A DNA stretch of 62,044 nt, counting the filler, from Bipalium vagum (taxonomy: Eukaryota): the NCBI GenBank assembly GCA_037834085.1. It is 3 parts of 3 records of this genome, joined end to end, with 100 filler letters (N's around TTAATTAATTAA, not from the genome) between each part and the next. Parts side by side here need not be neighbours in the genome. Positions count along the whole stretch, not along the records: positions 1 to 24,086 come from JBBMKC010203158.1; positions 24,187 to 40,284 come from JBBMKC010127262.1; 1 more part is not named here. One strand, written 5' to 3'. Positions 13,110-26,281 of this stretch are shown one piece after another (the stretch's first letter is position 1; every line of letters starts with the position of its first letter). The translations under genes and the position numbers were made by a program. The notes below the pieces were generated by a model, which saw only the letters and a list, made by a program, of their open reading frames with translations, was not told where the DNA came from and did not search any database.

Positions 13110-16100
13110 TAAATAATAGCAATAATATTAATAATTGTGAGGCAAATATTGATTAGTTGTTTAAGAAAATAATTTAATTATTGGAAAATTTAAATTATTT
13201 AAAAATAATGATTTTTTCATATAATTGATTTGTAATAAAAAATATAGTGTGAAAAGCGTTTTGATTTGTATTGATGGATATTAATTTAGAACCAGTACCA
13301 GCGGCTAACAATAATAATAATATAAATTAATAATAATAAAATATAATAAATAATATAAACTAATAACGATAATATAATTAAAGATATAAAAAATATTTAT
13401 ATTATAAATAATAATAATTAATAATAATATTAATACTAATAATAATATAAATAAAAAAATAAATAATGAATTCATATATTTTTAAAACTATTCGTTGTTA
13501 ACCTCAAATAACTCAAAGAAGCTCAAGCAAGCTGGCTGACTCCTGGCTTACCCTTCTCAGTGACTGACCAGAAATGCTTGGTTATGCATCTACACAGTCT
13601 GGTGTGTCAGCCGTGGTAATAACATAGAAAATCATTAAAGAAATATTTATGTTATTTTTAAAAAAAAAAGAAATCAATAATATATTTTGATGTGCTCATA
13701 AACGTCAGGTAACACAGCATGGACATTATTTTTTATTGGTTTTTATCCGGTCAGTGTCTGAACAAATAGGTATTAGTATCATATTTTTCAAGGAGAGAGC
13801 CAGAGATTGAGTATTGCTTCATGATAATGTATCTATTCAACGGTAATCTTTGGAATCGGTTCAATTTGATTCGTTGCTGAAAGTGCTTCTTCGAGCTTCC
13901 TGATTCAGTAATTTCAGATTTCTATCCCATTTTAACGTTTCTTTAATGAACTTTGATGAGTTGATATTTCACACCATTGACGTTTTGAAGATAAAAGATT
14001 TAGAATGTTTCAATGGAAAGCCGAAGGACTTATTCAAAACCAATATTTATTGATTTTCTTAACCGGAAGTGTCACGGAAATGGAAAATTTAAAGGTTGAA
14101 ACCTTTCGTAGTCAGTTACAAATAATAAATTTTTGGCATTGAGCACATTGTTTGTCATTAAAAGGGTCACTTTTCATTACCGAGTACGAGACACTTCATG
14201 GACTCATCGACATCAAATAATATTTTGTCCGAAATGTGAAGCTACCAATCTCAAGTGATCATCTGATATTCTCCTTCTTCTTGACTGAACATAACACACA
14301 TGTATGTCACGACGTGTTGCACTAAGCCAACATGAAAAGGTTGTCAGTACTCAAGCATCTTGCCTTTTGTCTGGTGTCCAGTGATGGTACCTACACAGAA
14401 AAGGTCTTAGTACACTATTACAGACGCGGTCAACACAGTCGAAAAGCTTCGCATAGAGTCGTCTCTGTTGACATATATTGATTTTACTTTGTCAAATAAT
14501 ATCAGAATGTGTCACTAAAGATCTACTTTGGACTGATGGAGAGAATGATCATGACAACAAGCCATCATGAGAACAGGCCACCAATACTGAGCAAGAGCTC
14601 CATTGCAGTGTTGCTAACCCGTGACAATGGCAGGTGTATCGCTGAACGAGATCAACTGTTTGGAGTAGATGGATACGTCAGAATTTCGGACAAGTTTCAA
14701 TCTGTTATAGACTCTAATGATCACAACACTGCACAAAACCGCCTACAGAAACGGTGATCGGAATTAATTAAACTGAAATTCACAAATCAGTCATGTGTCA
14801 GTCGCTCATGCCAAAATCAAAGGTAAACAGACGTTTTATTATTTCAACGAACACCAAAAGATTGTCTCCCTTCACTTTCCAGTTTAAATGGGAAATAAAA
14901 CCAATATCCACCATAACCTTATTATCTCGATTATTAATGGTCTTCGTAGATAACGGTCACTTGTCACCTGAGCTCTTTACTGATTTATCAAATGTTTTCT
15001 TATAAACCTTTACCTCACCTTTGACCTCTTCCTTTTATTTACAATTGTTTACGTACATTTCCTCAATGATAAATAAATATGCAATCGTCTCTTCGCGTGC
15101 CTTTATTGACATAACCATTGCGCATATCCTTTCTAATACTTACTTGGTCAGATCTTCATGAAGCGATGTCGCTAATGCACAGTTATAAATAAAATAAGCA
15201 TAAACAAACAATATTATTGTCTCGAAACCAAAAATGCCAGGGTTGGTCTTCCTTCAACTTTTCTAATAGCTTCGACAGAGGCATCTGTTATCTAATTTTC
15301 TTAAGTTTAGCATCCAAATACCGGTCGTACCAAAACCGAGAAAAAAAGTAAATGAAGAATGAAATAGACAAAAATCGATATTATTATTGACAATTAACAT
15401 TTACAATAAATGGAGTACAACAGTTTTTTTATTATTTTCTCGAAACGATTTCCGTTAACAGATAACATTACTTCAGAAAGACAATACTGCAGTTTGCAGC
15501 TCTGCGGTAGTAAAACGGGAACATTCTTCGTATATTCAGTTTTTTGAACTGAAAAACCTTTTTTCTTAAGAGGACCCCAAATCTTAATTAAATTTCTTTG
15601 CCGTTTGTCTGCCCTCTTGCAGATTTAGGAGAATCTCCCTTGCCATAATAACATCGAATTAAATCAACTTGCAAATCTATATTCATACCGACATTCAAAA
15701 TATTTTTCATCATTGATTCATTGATTTGATTCAAAGATTTAAATAAAATATATTTTCATACAAAACTGGCAGCTTACTTATTCAGTCTTGGTACAGCCGA
15801 AAAATGTTACTTTATTTAAACTTTCACCAAATCCCGAGTCAGGTGACACGGCCAGTACTAAAAGTTGATAATAATCATAAGTTTTTATCATACCAAATAA
15901 AAATAAGCTTGAACAGTGTCCAATAGTCAAAAGTTTTTTGTTATATAAAAAACTTATTTTAAAAAGGTTTTCTTCAAATGATGGGCATCAAAATAAATTT
16001 CATCTCCAGTTGGACTGACACCAGAACCCATCGCATAAATTCTTTATCAGCAATTCATTTTACGTCAAGTTTAAAGGGGAAGAACTTTCAAATTATGGAT

Positions 16101-19100
16101 TTCCAAGACAGGTTTTCGAGGAGTAATGAGAATTAATTAACTGGTCATTTAAAATGTCTCACTAGGTAACATTTTCGATGATCTCCCTGTTTCCGTATTT
16201 ACTAATAGCAAAGTATTTTCACTCCACAATTTATGTCTCATGAATAGCGCCAAGAAATGAAACAAGCCGAAAAGAAGTTCTTCGTGATTCATGTGCCTGC
16301 ACCAGCCATATGGTCATGTGTGAGGATGAATAAAAGAAAACATGGAACTGTAAAAGTAAATAGTACAAGAGTGGCAGAAGTAAGAGTGTGCAACGATGCT
16401 CTCCCTGCTGGAAATCCCATTCATAAAAGAGAATTATCCGCAGCATCCTGCAGACGAAAGACTGGTTTTCTGGAAATAATCGGTGTTCGGACGATCATCT
16501 GCTTCACCTGTGATGCAGCGATACATGTGCATTTCAGTGTTCCGAAACAACGGAGGAATGCACGAGTCACCCTCACATTGAGGGCATATTAATAACCATT
16601 AGAGGCGCCATTGACTTCCAACGCAACTTGCAATAATTATCCCCGAAGAGCTGTCAAAGAAGAATGTCTATCGGAAATATTTTAATATCATTACCAGTGA
16701 TTCGTGTTGGGTAGTTTCGTTTCAAAGATTCCATCAGACCCATGAAACATCAACATGAACACTTTGCCCAGTTGATTAGTAACGAGACATTTGTCTGTTT
16801 ACTAAAAGTAAACTGGTTCCCACAACAAGAAACATGGCATCGTATCATTTATTGTTTATTCCAGTCATATTATGATAAATGGAACGCATATATTGTATTA
16901 TCAGATATTTTACATGAAATGTCCGATTTATTAACGACCGGTCGATCGATATCCTTGTGTAAAGCGATTGTTTGTTTGAACTACTTTTGGCGCATGTTTG
17001 AAATATGGGAAAGTAATTATTAGTTTGTCTATGTTTCGTCAGGTTACAAACCCAAACCTCATTTCTCTAAAATACACACTTTGATTGGATCTCGTTATTT
17101 TCCACTTCAAAAACGGCCTCAATGTAAGTTCCAGGTATCCATAGCAACCATAAGTCTCAACATTAGCATATTCGACAGACGGGTTCTCCATGAACTGACC
17201 AAAACTCATACCAGCAAGGAGGGTCCAAAGCATCGGTCCATTTTCACAAAAAGCATTTTTCAAAAAAAGAAGTCTATGGGGACATATGGCATAAATATCG
17301 TGACATAATATTATTAAGCAAAACACTCAAGTTAAACTTAAAATATTATTATTAATTAATAATTTTATAAAATAATTAAGTATCATTTTTTGTTTTTATG
17401 AAACAAAATCGATAAATCAAAACGATTTTCAACACATTTTGTTCATACATGATCTGGACATTTACTATTATTTATTATTATTTATTATTATTATTAAATA
17501 TTTATTATTTAATAACTTCGATTTTATTGATCATTTATCCAGTGAGCCATTGATGAATATTGATTTTTTCTTTGTCATTAAATAGAAAATCATTACCAAA
17601 TCTTTATGGAAAAATGATCAATAATACCTATCAGTTCCTTAATTGAGCGTCCATGGATGACATCCCAAGGTTCGTTGCGACTGTCCGTTTCTGATTCCGC
17701 AAAAGAGCTCGATACTTGACTGTTTCGCGATAGATTCGTTGGGCTTGGCTTCAAGGCATCCGCTTCAATGCTACTGAGCTTCAGAAATGGAATGGGACTG
17801 GTGTCGGGGAAGATGTGGACTGGAATACTGTCATCTGTTTCGTCAGTGAAGGAATCTATCGACACATTCAGTGGTTGCAGGATGTCGCCAGTGGTGTCCT
17901 CCTCAACGAAAACATTCTCACTTTCTTTGATCGCACTGGCACAAGTCTCGCTTTTCTCCTGCTTGCACTGACTTGATGGAAGCGAAACTTTCGTTCTCTT
18001 ACTCTCTTTGCCTCCAGACAAATTCATCGATAGATTGAACTGAAAGGCAATGTTTACTTTCAATCGCTAGACATTACAAGTCGGGAAAAATGCACAGAAT
18101 AATGTGCCGTTAATTTTTTTGACAAAATATCAATGGGAAACACAAAAATAACAATATCGACTCGTCGAAAAAATTCGATAAGTTTGGAATTATTCAATTA
18201 GACTGTTCATGAGATGTGCGAAGTGTATAAAAAGACAAAATGATATAAATATAAATTGATTAGCGACGTCAATCAGCCATGGACACCTCAGCCGGTCTTT
18301 GGCAGTCAAGATACATTCTTGGGTTATTATTAAGTCATTGCCAGGGTCATTTAAGGAAAGGCTCTTTCTCATCTTCGCTTTCAATTTGCATATCTCAGTC
18401 CACAATTGGAATCACAGACTATTTTTATTGATGTATANNNNNNNNNNNNNNNNNNNNNNNNNNNNNNNNNNNNNNNNNNNNNNNNNNNNNNNNNNNNNNN
18501 NNNNNNNNNNNNNNNNNNNNNNNNNNNNNNNNNNNNNNNNNNNNNNNNNNNNNNNNNNNNNNNNNNNNNNNNNNNNNNNNACAAATTTTGGTGCATCAAG
18601 TTCAGCTGTCTTTGATAACATTGGCAGTGCTTAGTGGACTAAGATTTATGTCCCAAAGTATTAATTAGGCATCCTCTCCTTCCACAGAAATGCCATTCCA
18701 CCATTTAATCAATAATTTTCATTATATTATTCCTAATATTTCGGGACTATTTTCAATCGATTTCTGCGTGGTCAAAATTGAGTCTTAGCTGTCAGTGGAA
18801 GTGCGTGCCGTCAGCATATTATTTTTAACATATGCATTAACATTTTCCCCTGGACTGATCGTGGTTCCAATATGGTGAGACGAGCTTTTACTTTTTTATT
18901 GATTGTCAGATCACGAAATGATCTGGATATGCACTATCAGTGAAGAAATAACAAACACGGAATTCCCACGGAAAATTTCACTGGAAATTTTAGTGAGAAA
19001 AAAAAATAAACGAGTTAAATTTTTTTTTCTGGTCAAAGGACCTCTGAAAGGTCACGGGCGAATACTGTAAATGGTCAAAAAGTCCTTTATTCTGAAATTT

Positions 19101-22100
19101 CCACAAGTCCTTCCTGCACTGCCCGTGTGCCCAGGAAAATAATTATCTCTGCCCAAATCTCCCAACTTAATTATCTGCTAATTCCAGATATGGGATTAAA
19201 TATTGTTTTCGTGGCAAATTATAATTTTATTGCCTCAGCGAGGAGCGCGAGATCTCAATTTATGATCCGTTCGTGATCAGCAGAGTTTCATAATAACATT
19301 TCTCCCCAATTCCGCTGGGTTCGTCACAGAATAATACGGGTTTTATTGCTGCTGATTATTTTTGTTATAAACGAATAACGACAACCAAGGAAAATAATAA
19401 AAAAGAACGTCCCCAGAAGAGACAGCCTTTTAATATTTTCCTGCTTTGCTTACATTTTTTCGACAAGAAAAATTACACAATTTTTTTTTCACGTTCTATT
19501 TTCAAAAATGAGATATTTTCGTTTGTTTAGCTATGTGAAAAATGACGTCATTTTTGTGTTCATATTTTAACTGATAAATGATCGAAACCTCACCTCTACG
19601 CCCTTTGACCAAGACTTGTTATAGGCATAATCATACTCTCCCATGCTCTCTGATAAAATCTTATCAATATCGCCCCGTTTTATTGAAAAAATCGGTATTG
19701 GTGATGTTGTCGGCTCATTTACCTGGTTATCAACTTGGACTAGCTCGATATTTTCCTTTTCGGTCATTTCCGAAACACTTTGGATCGTTTCATTATCGGA
19801 TTCCGATTCCTCTATAATCGTTGACGGCTTGCGGTGAGGCGGAATGGCTGGGGGCTCCTTAAGTTCGATAGTATTAATAGGCTCCATAATTTTATTCGAA
19901 CCAACGTTATTAGTGAGGCATTCCTGCTGTGCGTCTAAAGGAAAACAAAAATCAAGAAGACCTGAGACTAAGTGAGCGAATGTTTATTCAAATAAGATTA
20001 TGAATGAAAGTACTGGGAAGATAAACATGCTTGATGAAATGATACCACTTGAAAAATATCAAAAAATTCACTCTTTAATGTTTCAACCCCCGTCTTTGAT
20101 ATCACTTACAAACCTCTTCATTCGTGCTTCTGAAGCAATCATTTTATACTTTCATTACTCTTTGGATTCAATTGGCACAGTACCAAATTTTCTTACTTTT
20201 AATCGTTTTAATTGACACGTGTAAAACCCGATACTCACAAATTGAAGTCAACTATTCACTTTTTCTTTAAATGGGAAAAGTCGATGATCCCAACAAAATT
20301 TGTTTGAGTCGCGCAAAATTGGACATATTCAATGGTAAAAATAAAACATTGCTGGTACTTTAAATGAATCATCCTGAAAACTAATGCCACGTGATAACGG
20401 TCACAAAATCAAGTAACAACAATGTTATTCGATCAGTTTACCGTATTACACTGGCACATGGAAATCATCTGCAAGGAATGCACACACATTTAATATTTGA
20501 TTCTTTTGAAGTAGTGAATTTTTATTCTTTTTTAAACATTCCTCATTTTCATTTATATCTTTAAAACAATTATAAAAAAAGAATTTTCTAAATTTGAGTA
20601 TTTCAAGAGCAAGGAATAACGAAAATGAACTTCATTAAAATCTGCACAATAAAGCTACAATCTTAAAAGTTATTCAATTTAATTTTATCAATAATTATAG
20701 ATTTAAACCTGTTTTAATTAATTATTAAATTTAGATATTCACTCAATAATAGATATTATTTAAACTGATTCTCAAAATGATAAATCTTGACCTTATAAAA
20801 AAGATTATTATTATTATTTTTATATTATTAAACTTAGACATTGACATTTTCATGGTTTTTTAAAAAAACATGTTCATTGTCAGTTACAATTTCATAAGTC
20901 GAGGCAAAAAATATAAAATATTTATAGGAAATGTATAGGAAACATGTTTTTAATAACATTATAAAGTAAGATAAATAAAAACATAATAGAAGTACTGCTC
21001 AATCATTACAAATCGGACACCTTGTAAACCTAGCAACATGGTCCGGTTTATGGTAGGTCCGAATGGTAAAGGTATATTTAAATAAATACATACTGTGCTT
21101 TAATTAATGAGCTATCTAAAGTACAAAAAATTAATGATAATAATAATAATAATAGTCTTGTATACGTCAAATTTGTTTTATAAAAAAAATGTTATCTACA
21201 ATGAGTCAATCGTCATTTTTAAAAAAATTAATGTCTTTAGCGAAAATACGCAGTTATAAGAGACTGTTTCGCAAATGTTATCTTGCACTTCTTCCCAAAA
21301 TCCTCCTCTTCTGTCAAACAAATAGCAGCATATACTAGTCCGTGTCAGTATGTATTCATAACACGTAGATTGGATTAGAGAACATTTTACCATTAAATAT
21401 ATAAACTACTACCATCGAATCAAAAGTTTTGTTACTGCAAAAATGTTACCCCATGAGAATATTTAATCACCGAGTGGATGACTGTGCAGAGTATGAATAG
21501 GTTACTATGTAACCAAAAATTCATTTATTTCACTGCAGTCATTGTAAATTTATGATTAATTTCGCAAGTGCACTATTACTCATCTTATTCTATATTTAGA
21601 AGTGAAAGTTACAAGTGAAAAAGTCCGTCTCCTTATAAAAACATGTCGCTGAAATGATATAGAAATTAAAGAATGCTACCAGTTCATCTGTAAAGCATGA
21701 GACAACGACTCAGTATACTTAAGGACCATTTACCAATGACAGAACTTATTTTCGAGATTCGTATCTTCGTTTTGAAAATTTTTAAACTAATCTTAGACTG
21801 TGCTATAACCCGCGACATCTTCAACAGCCTTTACCAATAATGACAGATCAAACATCGAATTGCATTTTTTCTGTATTCATTTTAATAATACAATTATAAA
21901 TTCAAATGAGCGCACCGATATGTTTATTAAAAAAATTAAAAATATAGATTGAAAATAAAATATCAATGATTAAATCAATTTTTTAAGAATTGTGATTAAA
22001 AATATTTATTTTGATAAAAGAAAATTAAACTATCAAAATCACGGAAACTTTTGAGACCAACCGATGAATGAGGATTGAATTAAATTATTAAAATGAATAA

Positions 22101-22895
22101 TATCAAATATTAATGAATGAAAAAGAAATGATCAAACTTAATAATCATAATAATAAACATTTTAAAAACATTTCCTGTCAATCGATAGAAAGATTTTACT
22201 TGAAAAATAAATTGATTATGTTCACAAGATTAAAATATGTGTGTGTAAATAATCAATCTATTAAATGATAAATTAGTTATTATATTCTTGAAAAAATGAT
22301 TAATTAATAATAATATAATATGATTAATTAATATATTAATAAAGAAAAAATATAAAAATATTTTTAATAATTAAACCATGTATACAAAATAAGAATAAAT
22401 AAACATAAAATGTAAATGACAAAAATATTTTTTAATTTTTAAACATCCAATCAGGTTTAAGGTGGGTTTTAAAATGACAAAAAAATCAGAGGATAAAATA
22501 AAAAAGTGATACTAACTTTCATCAAAAGTATTGACGTTTTCTGAATATTCTTGAATATTACTGAGAAACTTTTCTACCAAGAACGATGAAATGGAATCTT
22601 GAGGATAATTGAAGCTTCTATTCTTGAAATTATTGACCCTATTGTCGGTGAAAGACTCGGACTGAGAAGGCACAAATATTTCGTCTTTCATCGGAAAATA
22701 ATTCATTAGGCTAGATTGTGAGGATTCTTCATTCATATTGACCAAAGCTTGAACAGAACTGATATACATAGGGTTTTCCCGAAAACATTTTATGTTGTCC
22801 TTTGGAGCAAACAACCGGTCCGTCGTGTTGATTGCAGGTTCCTGGCTTCTTAATAAATCAATGGGACTAAGGTGTGAAATATTAACTTCAAAATA
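3211..22895 (-). CDS. SHB/SHD/SHE/SHF-family SH2-domain adaptor protein, spliced gene (5' end unresolved)
   Basis: Manual splicing of 22895-22517, 19934-19594, 18039-17628, 9378-9171, 8385-8266 and 3394-3211 uses only GT-AG sites with matching phases (1644 nt, 547 aa + TAG). C-terminus ...KIPLEKQP|WYHFYLTRSKAETLLGSHPDGSFLVRRSESNKNAYSLTIK|HKGLFLHMKITKNHKGFVLGEYSQPYQSIPHMLYHYCLTMVPVKGADAASLRFAV parallels the SHB-family SH2 (PLEKQ-WYH...HMK...VLG..S.P..S.P...PIKGA). Upstream exons are S/E/P-rich with EYDY and EPWD motifs. Linkage of the three upstream exons is inferred from phase. Confidence 0.75.
3416..3490. repeat. (AAT)n microsatellite
   Basis: Direct reading; lies just intronic of the terminal SH2 exon. 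Confidence 0.95.
5002..5076. repeat. (AAT)n microsatellite
   Basis: Direct reading. Confidence 0.95.
6260..6695 (-). mobile_element. Mariner 5' relic
   Basis: WYDFKRRKTAKQSYRTMCDVLGDIAV...CGKWFQRIGHGNIDLKDDQH, mariner HTH; TIR-like sequence near 6670-6693. Confidence 0.78.
7690..7736. repeat. (ATT)n microsatellite
   Basis: Direct reading. Confidence 0.95.
8266..8385 (-). CDS. SH2 adaptor exon (N-terminal half of SH2, FLVRRSES motif)
   Basis: ttgtag| acceptor, |gtaaga donor, 120 nt, WYH...GSFLVRRSES...YSLTIK. Confidence 0.92.
9171..9378 (-). CDS. SH2 adaptor exon immediately preceding SH2
   Basis: ttacag| acceptor, |gtaagt donor; ends INSKIPLEKQP like the pre-SH2 PLEKQ motif of SHB-family proteins. 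Confidence 0.85.
11100..12030 (-). mobile_element. Old internally deleted mariner
   Basis: Degenerate TIRs near 11100-11135 and 11995-12030; peptides KTVLRHLQNL..VYPHEVTE, HIVAFDKKLIY, FGKKVL, and C-terminal FLKSKLQEW...NYGLHFED*. Confidence 0.65.
13049..13108. repeat. (AAT)n microsatellite
   Basis: Direct reading; source of spurious poly-Leu ORF 12859-13122. Confidence 0.95.
14330..14760 (+). mobile_element. Possible LTR-retrotransposon integrase relic
   Basis: Scattered VWCPVM, RVVSVDI, LTRDNG fragments in integrase-like order; very degraded. Confidence 0.25.
15470..16130 (-). mobile_element. Probable piggyBac transposase relic
   Basis: Fragments RIYAMG and IWYDKNL*LLST (cf. W.D.K.V..LST) in the expected order, followed by a Cys-containing tail; heavily degraded. 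Confidence 0.38.
17628..18039 (-). CDS. SH2 adaptor exon, Ser/Glu-rich
   Basis: Within ORF 17593-18063; ctttcag| acceptor (alternative in-phase AG acceptor starting the exon at 18066), |gtatta donor in phase 1; contains NEPWD. Confidence 0.65.
19594..19934 (-). CDS. SH2 adaptor exon with Pro-rich and Tyr motifs
   Basis: ctttag| acceptor, |gtgagg donor; PPAIPPHRK and EYDYAY motifs. Confidence 0.7.
22517..22895 (-). CDS. SH2 adaptor upstream exon (putative)
   Basis: ttttcatag| acceptor, open 126 codons, |gttagt donor in phase 1 matching the next exon. Confidence 0.55.
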
Positions 22896-23976
22896 CTATG
22901 AAAAAGAAGACAAGCTATAGATGCACTATAAAACGAAACACAAAACTGTTTACTGGCAGTCAAACGCGAACATGTTTTAGTCTGAATAACATAATAATTA
23001 TTATCATTTGAAGGTGCTCACCTAACAGAAATCAGTTCCAATTATAAGCGAAAATATACAACTAAATCTATAAAGAATTGNNNNNNNNNNNNNNNNNNNN
23101 NNNNNNNNNNNNNNNNNNNNNNNNNNNNNNNNNNNNNNNNNNNNNNNNNNNNNNNNNNNNNNNNNNNNNNNNNNNNNNNNNNNNNNNNNNNNNNNNNNNN
23201 NNNNNNNNNNNNNNNNNATTTCTATTATTATTTTTACAAATTTAAAACAATTTTTACACATATTATCCACAAACCCACACCCTCCTCTCCGAGGAAGTCC
23301 CCACTTTTCCGTGAGTAATTTTTAATAATAATCCTGAATTTCTTTTTTCTTTTTTTTTCTTTTTTTCCATGAATTTTTAATTATTTTTCTCGTATTTTTC
23401 TCGCTGGTTTCCCGTTCATTTTAGAAAATCTTTAGATAAAATTGATTCATTTTCTCTTAGTTCACATTTCCCTTTCAGTGTGAATTCCTCTTTCTCCAAA
23501 ACAATTCTCCCAGGTCGTCAACCGTGACTTTCCCAATATATTATTATCGCTCTTAACAACGCGATGTTACTTTATAATACTATGAATAAGAATTGTGACA
23601 GTGAAAGTCGATCAGCGTAGTAATTCTGCCGATCTTGTAATTCAATCAATCGGCCCATCAAACATTTTTCTCGGAAAAATGTGAACTCCTTTCGGTGTAC
23701 GACTGCTTTGCCAGATCGATTTGCCAGCATAATTTACGGTAATTAAGCCCTACAGAAGTCGGTAATTTAAAATGAATGTCAAAATCCAAAAGAATGATTG
23801 GGGACGTGAAAGGGAATTTGTCTTAAGAATGTAGGGAAATTCGACGAAAAGGAAGTTTTGACTTGTAAGGAGGACACGACGTTACGTATTCTGGAGTTAT
23901 ACAATTGCTTGGCTTAAGGGAAATTATTGTTGCTCACCAATCGCAATTGCGACACCAGATCTTGGTTGATACTCTT

Positions 23977-24017
23977 ACTATTATCATTTATTATTATTAT
24001 CATTTATTATTATTATC

Positions 24018-24086
<69 letters not shown>
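23977..24086. repeat. (ATT)n microsatellite at scaffold end
   Basis: Direct reading. Confidence 0.95.
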
Positions 24087-24186
24087 NNNNNNNNNNNNNN
24101 NNNNNNNNNNNNNNNNNNNNNNNNNNNNNNTTAATTAATTAANNNNNNNNNNNNNNNNNNNNNNNNNNNNNNNNNNNNNNNNNNNN
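24087..24186. other. Artificial scaffold-joining linker
   Basis: 44 N + TTAATTAATTAA (stops in all six frames) + 44 N. Confidence 0.97.
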
Positions 24187-25368
24187 TTCATATTTCACAC
24201 GCTAAGTAGGGCGGTGAAATATATTTGTTTTTCTTTACTGAGGACCTCTGAGCCTAAGAGCGAAAGGGTTTTTATAAATAATAAATACAATTAATAAAAT
24301 TCGAATCGGTCAAAGTTGGTCTCACTCATTTGTAAAAATAAATTTCGATTTCAATAAAAGTATTAAACTAAAAAATTGTTATCTCAGTTTATTTGATTAA
24401 GCGAACACAACCTATTTCAACCTTCAACCGTTAAGATCTAAGCAAAAATTAAGCTCCGCATTTAACATCTATTTTTCCACGCGTCTTAGGATCTTAACAT
24501 ATACATTTTGTGTTCAGACTGAATATTAAACCAACCATTAGTGACTTCATATATTTAATAATATTGATAACTTTAATTCAAGTTTTGTAACCACTGTGAA
24601 AGCAAATAAAGATTTTTTTTTGTACGAGGGACTCGACGATAACATTAGTGAAGAGTTATTGTTATGGTTGATATAACTTTTCACGAAGTTTAATAAATAA
24701 ATTTCGGTTAATATTTTATTCAAAAAAATTTTTATAAATAATGGAAAATAAGATTAAATAAATAATGTTAGTATCATCATTCTTACTAATATCTTTTAAT
24801 ATTTATTTTATGATCATAAATTTTTGGAAATATAACTTTGAATTCAATGGCTATTAAATTTAGAACTCATTTTTTCCGTTCTTGCAGAGTAGTTTAAATA
24901 AGAAAAAAATTATTATTTCACTAATCATTCCGCAAAATTCTTTCTTGGTTCGGAATTATGAAGCTGCGCAATCAGCGGGAACGAATTATCAGTTATCATT
25001 TAAAAGATTTTGAATTCCCTTCAAAAACTAGAGGAAAATATTTTTTAATGTTGCGAATAAACTTCAATTTAAATATAACACCAATGTTTCAAGTTTCTTT
25101 ATTTCATGATTCTAAATGTTTTATAGAATGCTTTATATCAGATTAAACTGTAACCAAAGGTAGAACCGTTTCTGGAAAATTCTTTATAAATTAAATAATT
25201 AACATTCACATTTTAAAGATCAAATTACATCGTGTGTAGAAAGAATTGTAATGTTATATTTTCCTTAATATACTTAAAATAATAGAATAAAGAACTGGTG
25301 TTTAAAATATAATACTCCAGCCATAAAAATCTTATTTTCAACTTTTTTTATAATCAAAAAACATCGAT

Positions 25369-26281
25369 TTATTTACAATAGCGATCGGCTTTCATCTTTT
25401 CACGTCTATCCAAAAGCTTTTCGTGCAACGCTCCGGTTTTGTTGGCCTTTTTAATTTCTGACTTGTCTTCTTTGCTCAACTTAATTTTTCCGCCCTGAAA
25501 ACTCTGAAATTTCTTTACATAATTCAACTCAGACTTCACAGAACCGTGTCTTTCTTCAACCGGCAGCAAATTAACAGGATCTTCGAACAGGGGCTTGTTG
25601 CATCTCAATTGTAATATTTCTGTTAGACCTACCTTCTCAGCATCGCAAGTCACTTCGATTTTGCCATCTATTTGATTTATACTGACAAAGCAAGAGTTGC
25701 GGCCCAGTAATGCTCCTTTGCCGTCCTCAAAAACCGGAGACCACTGCTCATTTTCACCCATCGCATCTCTAACGGCATTAACGGTATTCTTCAGACCCTT
25801 GGATTCGATACCCATGTATTTATTGTACCTTATTAATGAAAAAATAATTACCAATGTTATGAATTAAAATGTACCCTGTTTTCAATGATATTTTTGAATC
25901 TGATAAAACCATACAAGATAAGATTTCGTCTTCAGAAGGTGGTTCGTTAATTTTATGCGGAGGTCCAACAGAAAAAAGCCCATTGTCCAGAGGTAGTAAA
26001 TAATAACTTTCATTTTCATTACCCAATCCAACAATTTCAATGGCAACTCCTCCCTTACACTTATCATTTGAAATAGTATCCAATTTCCACCATCCACCGT
26101 GGTTATTCATATCCCTTTTAAATTCATTATCTTCGGGCATCAAGTCATCTCTTTTCACAATTTTCTTTTTTGGCTTTCCTATTTTCCTGATAAAAAATAT
26201 TTAATTCAAAATTCACTTTAAATTTTACATTCTATCATTTTTCAATTTTAATTTTCCAGGCTTTACATAATATTCATTCAT
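25369..26281 (-). CDS. FRG1: Protein FRG1 homolog, 274 aa, 3 exons (26281-26229, 26186-25875, 25828-25369)
   Basis: MNEYYVKPGKLKLK...GGWW...LDNGLFSVGPPH...KISLKTGYNKYMG...EQWSPVFEDGK...NYVKKFQSFQ...LHEKLLDRREKMKADRYCK*, hallmark FRG1 sequence; GT-AG introns of 42 nt (26187-26228) and 46 nt (25829-25874) restore one frame. Confidence 0.96.

Noticed and set aside
12859-13122. Poly-Leu signal-peptide-like ORF (also 23905-24142)
   Set aside because: Translation of (AAT)n microsatellites.
3211-26281. Non-standard genetic code (many fragments interrupted by TAA/TAG/TGA)
   Set aside because: FRG1 and the SH2 gene have no in-frame stops and end in TAA and TAG; interrupted frames are TE relics that also have frameshifts.
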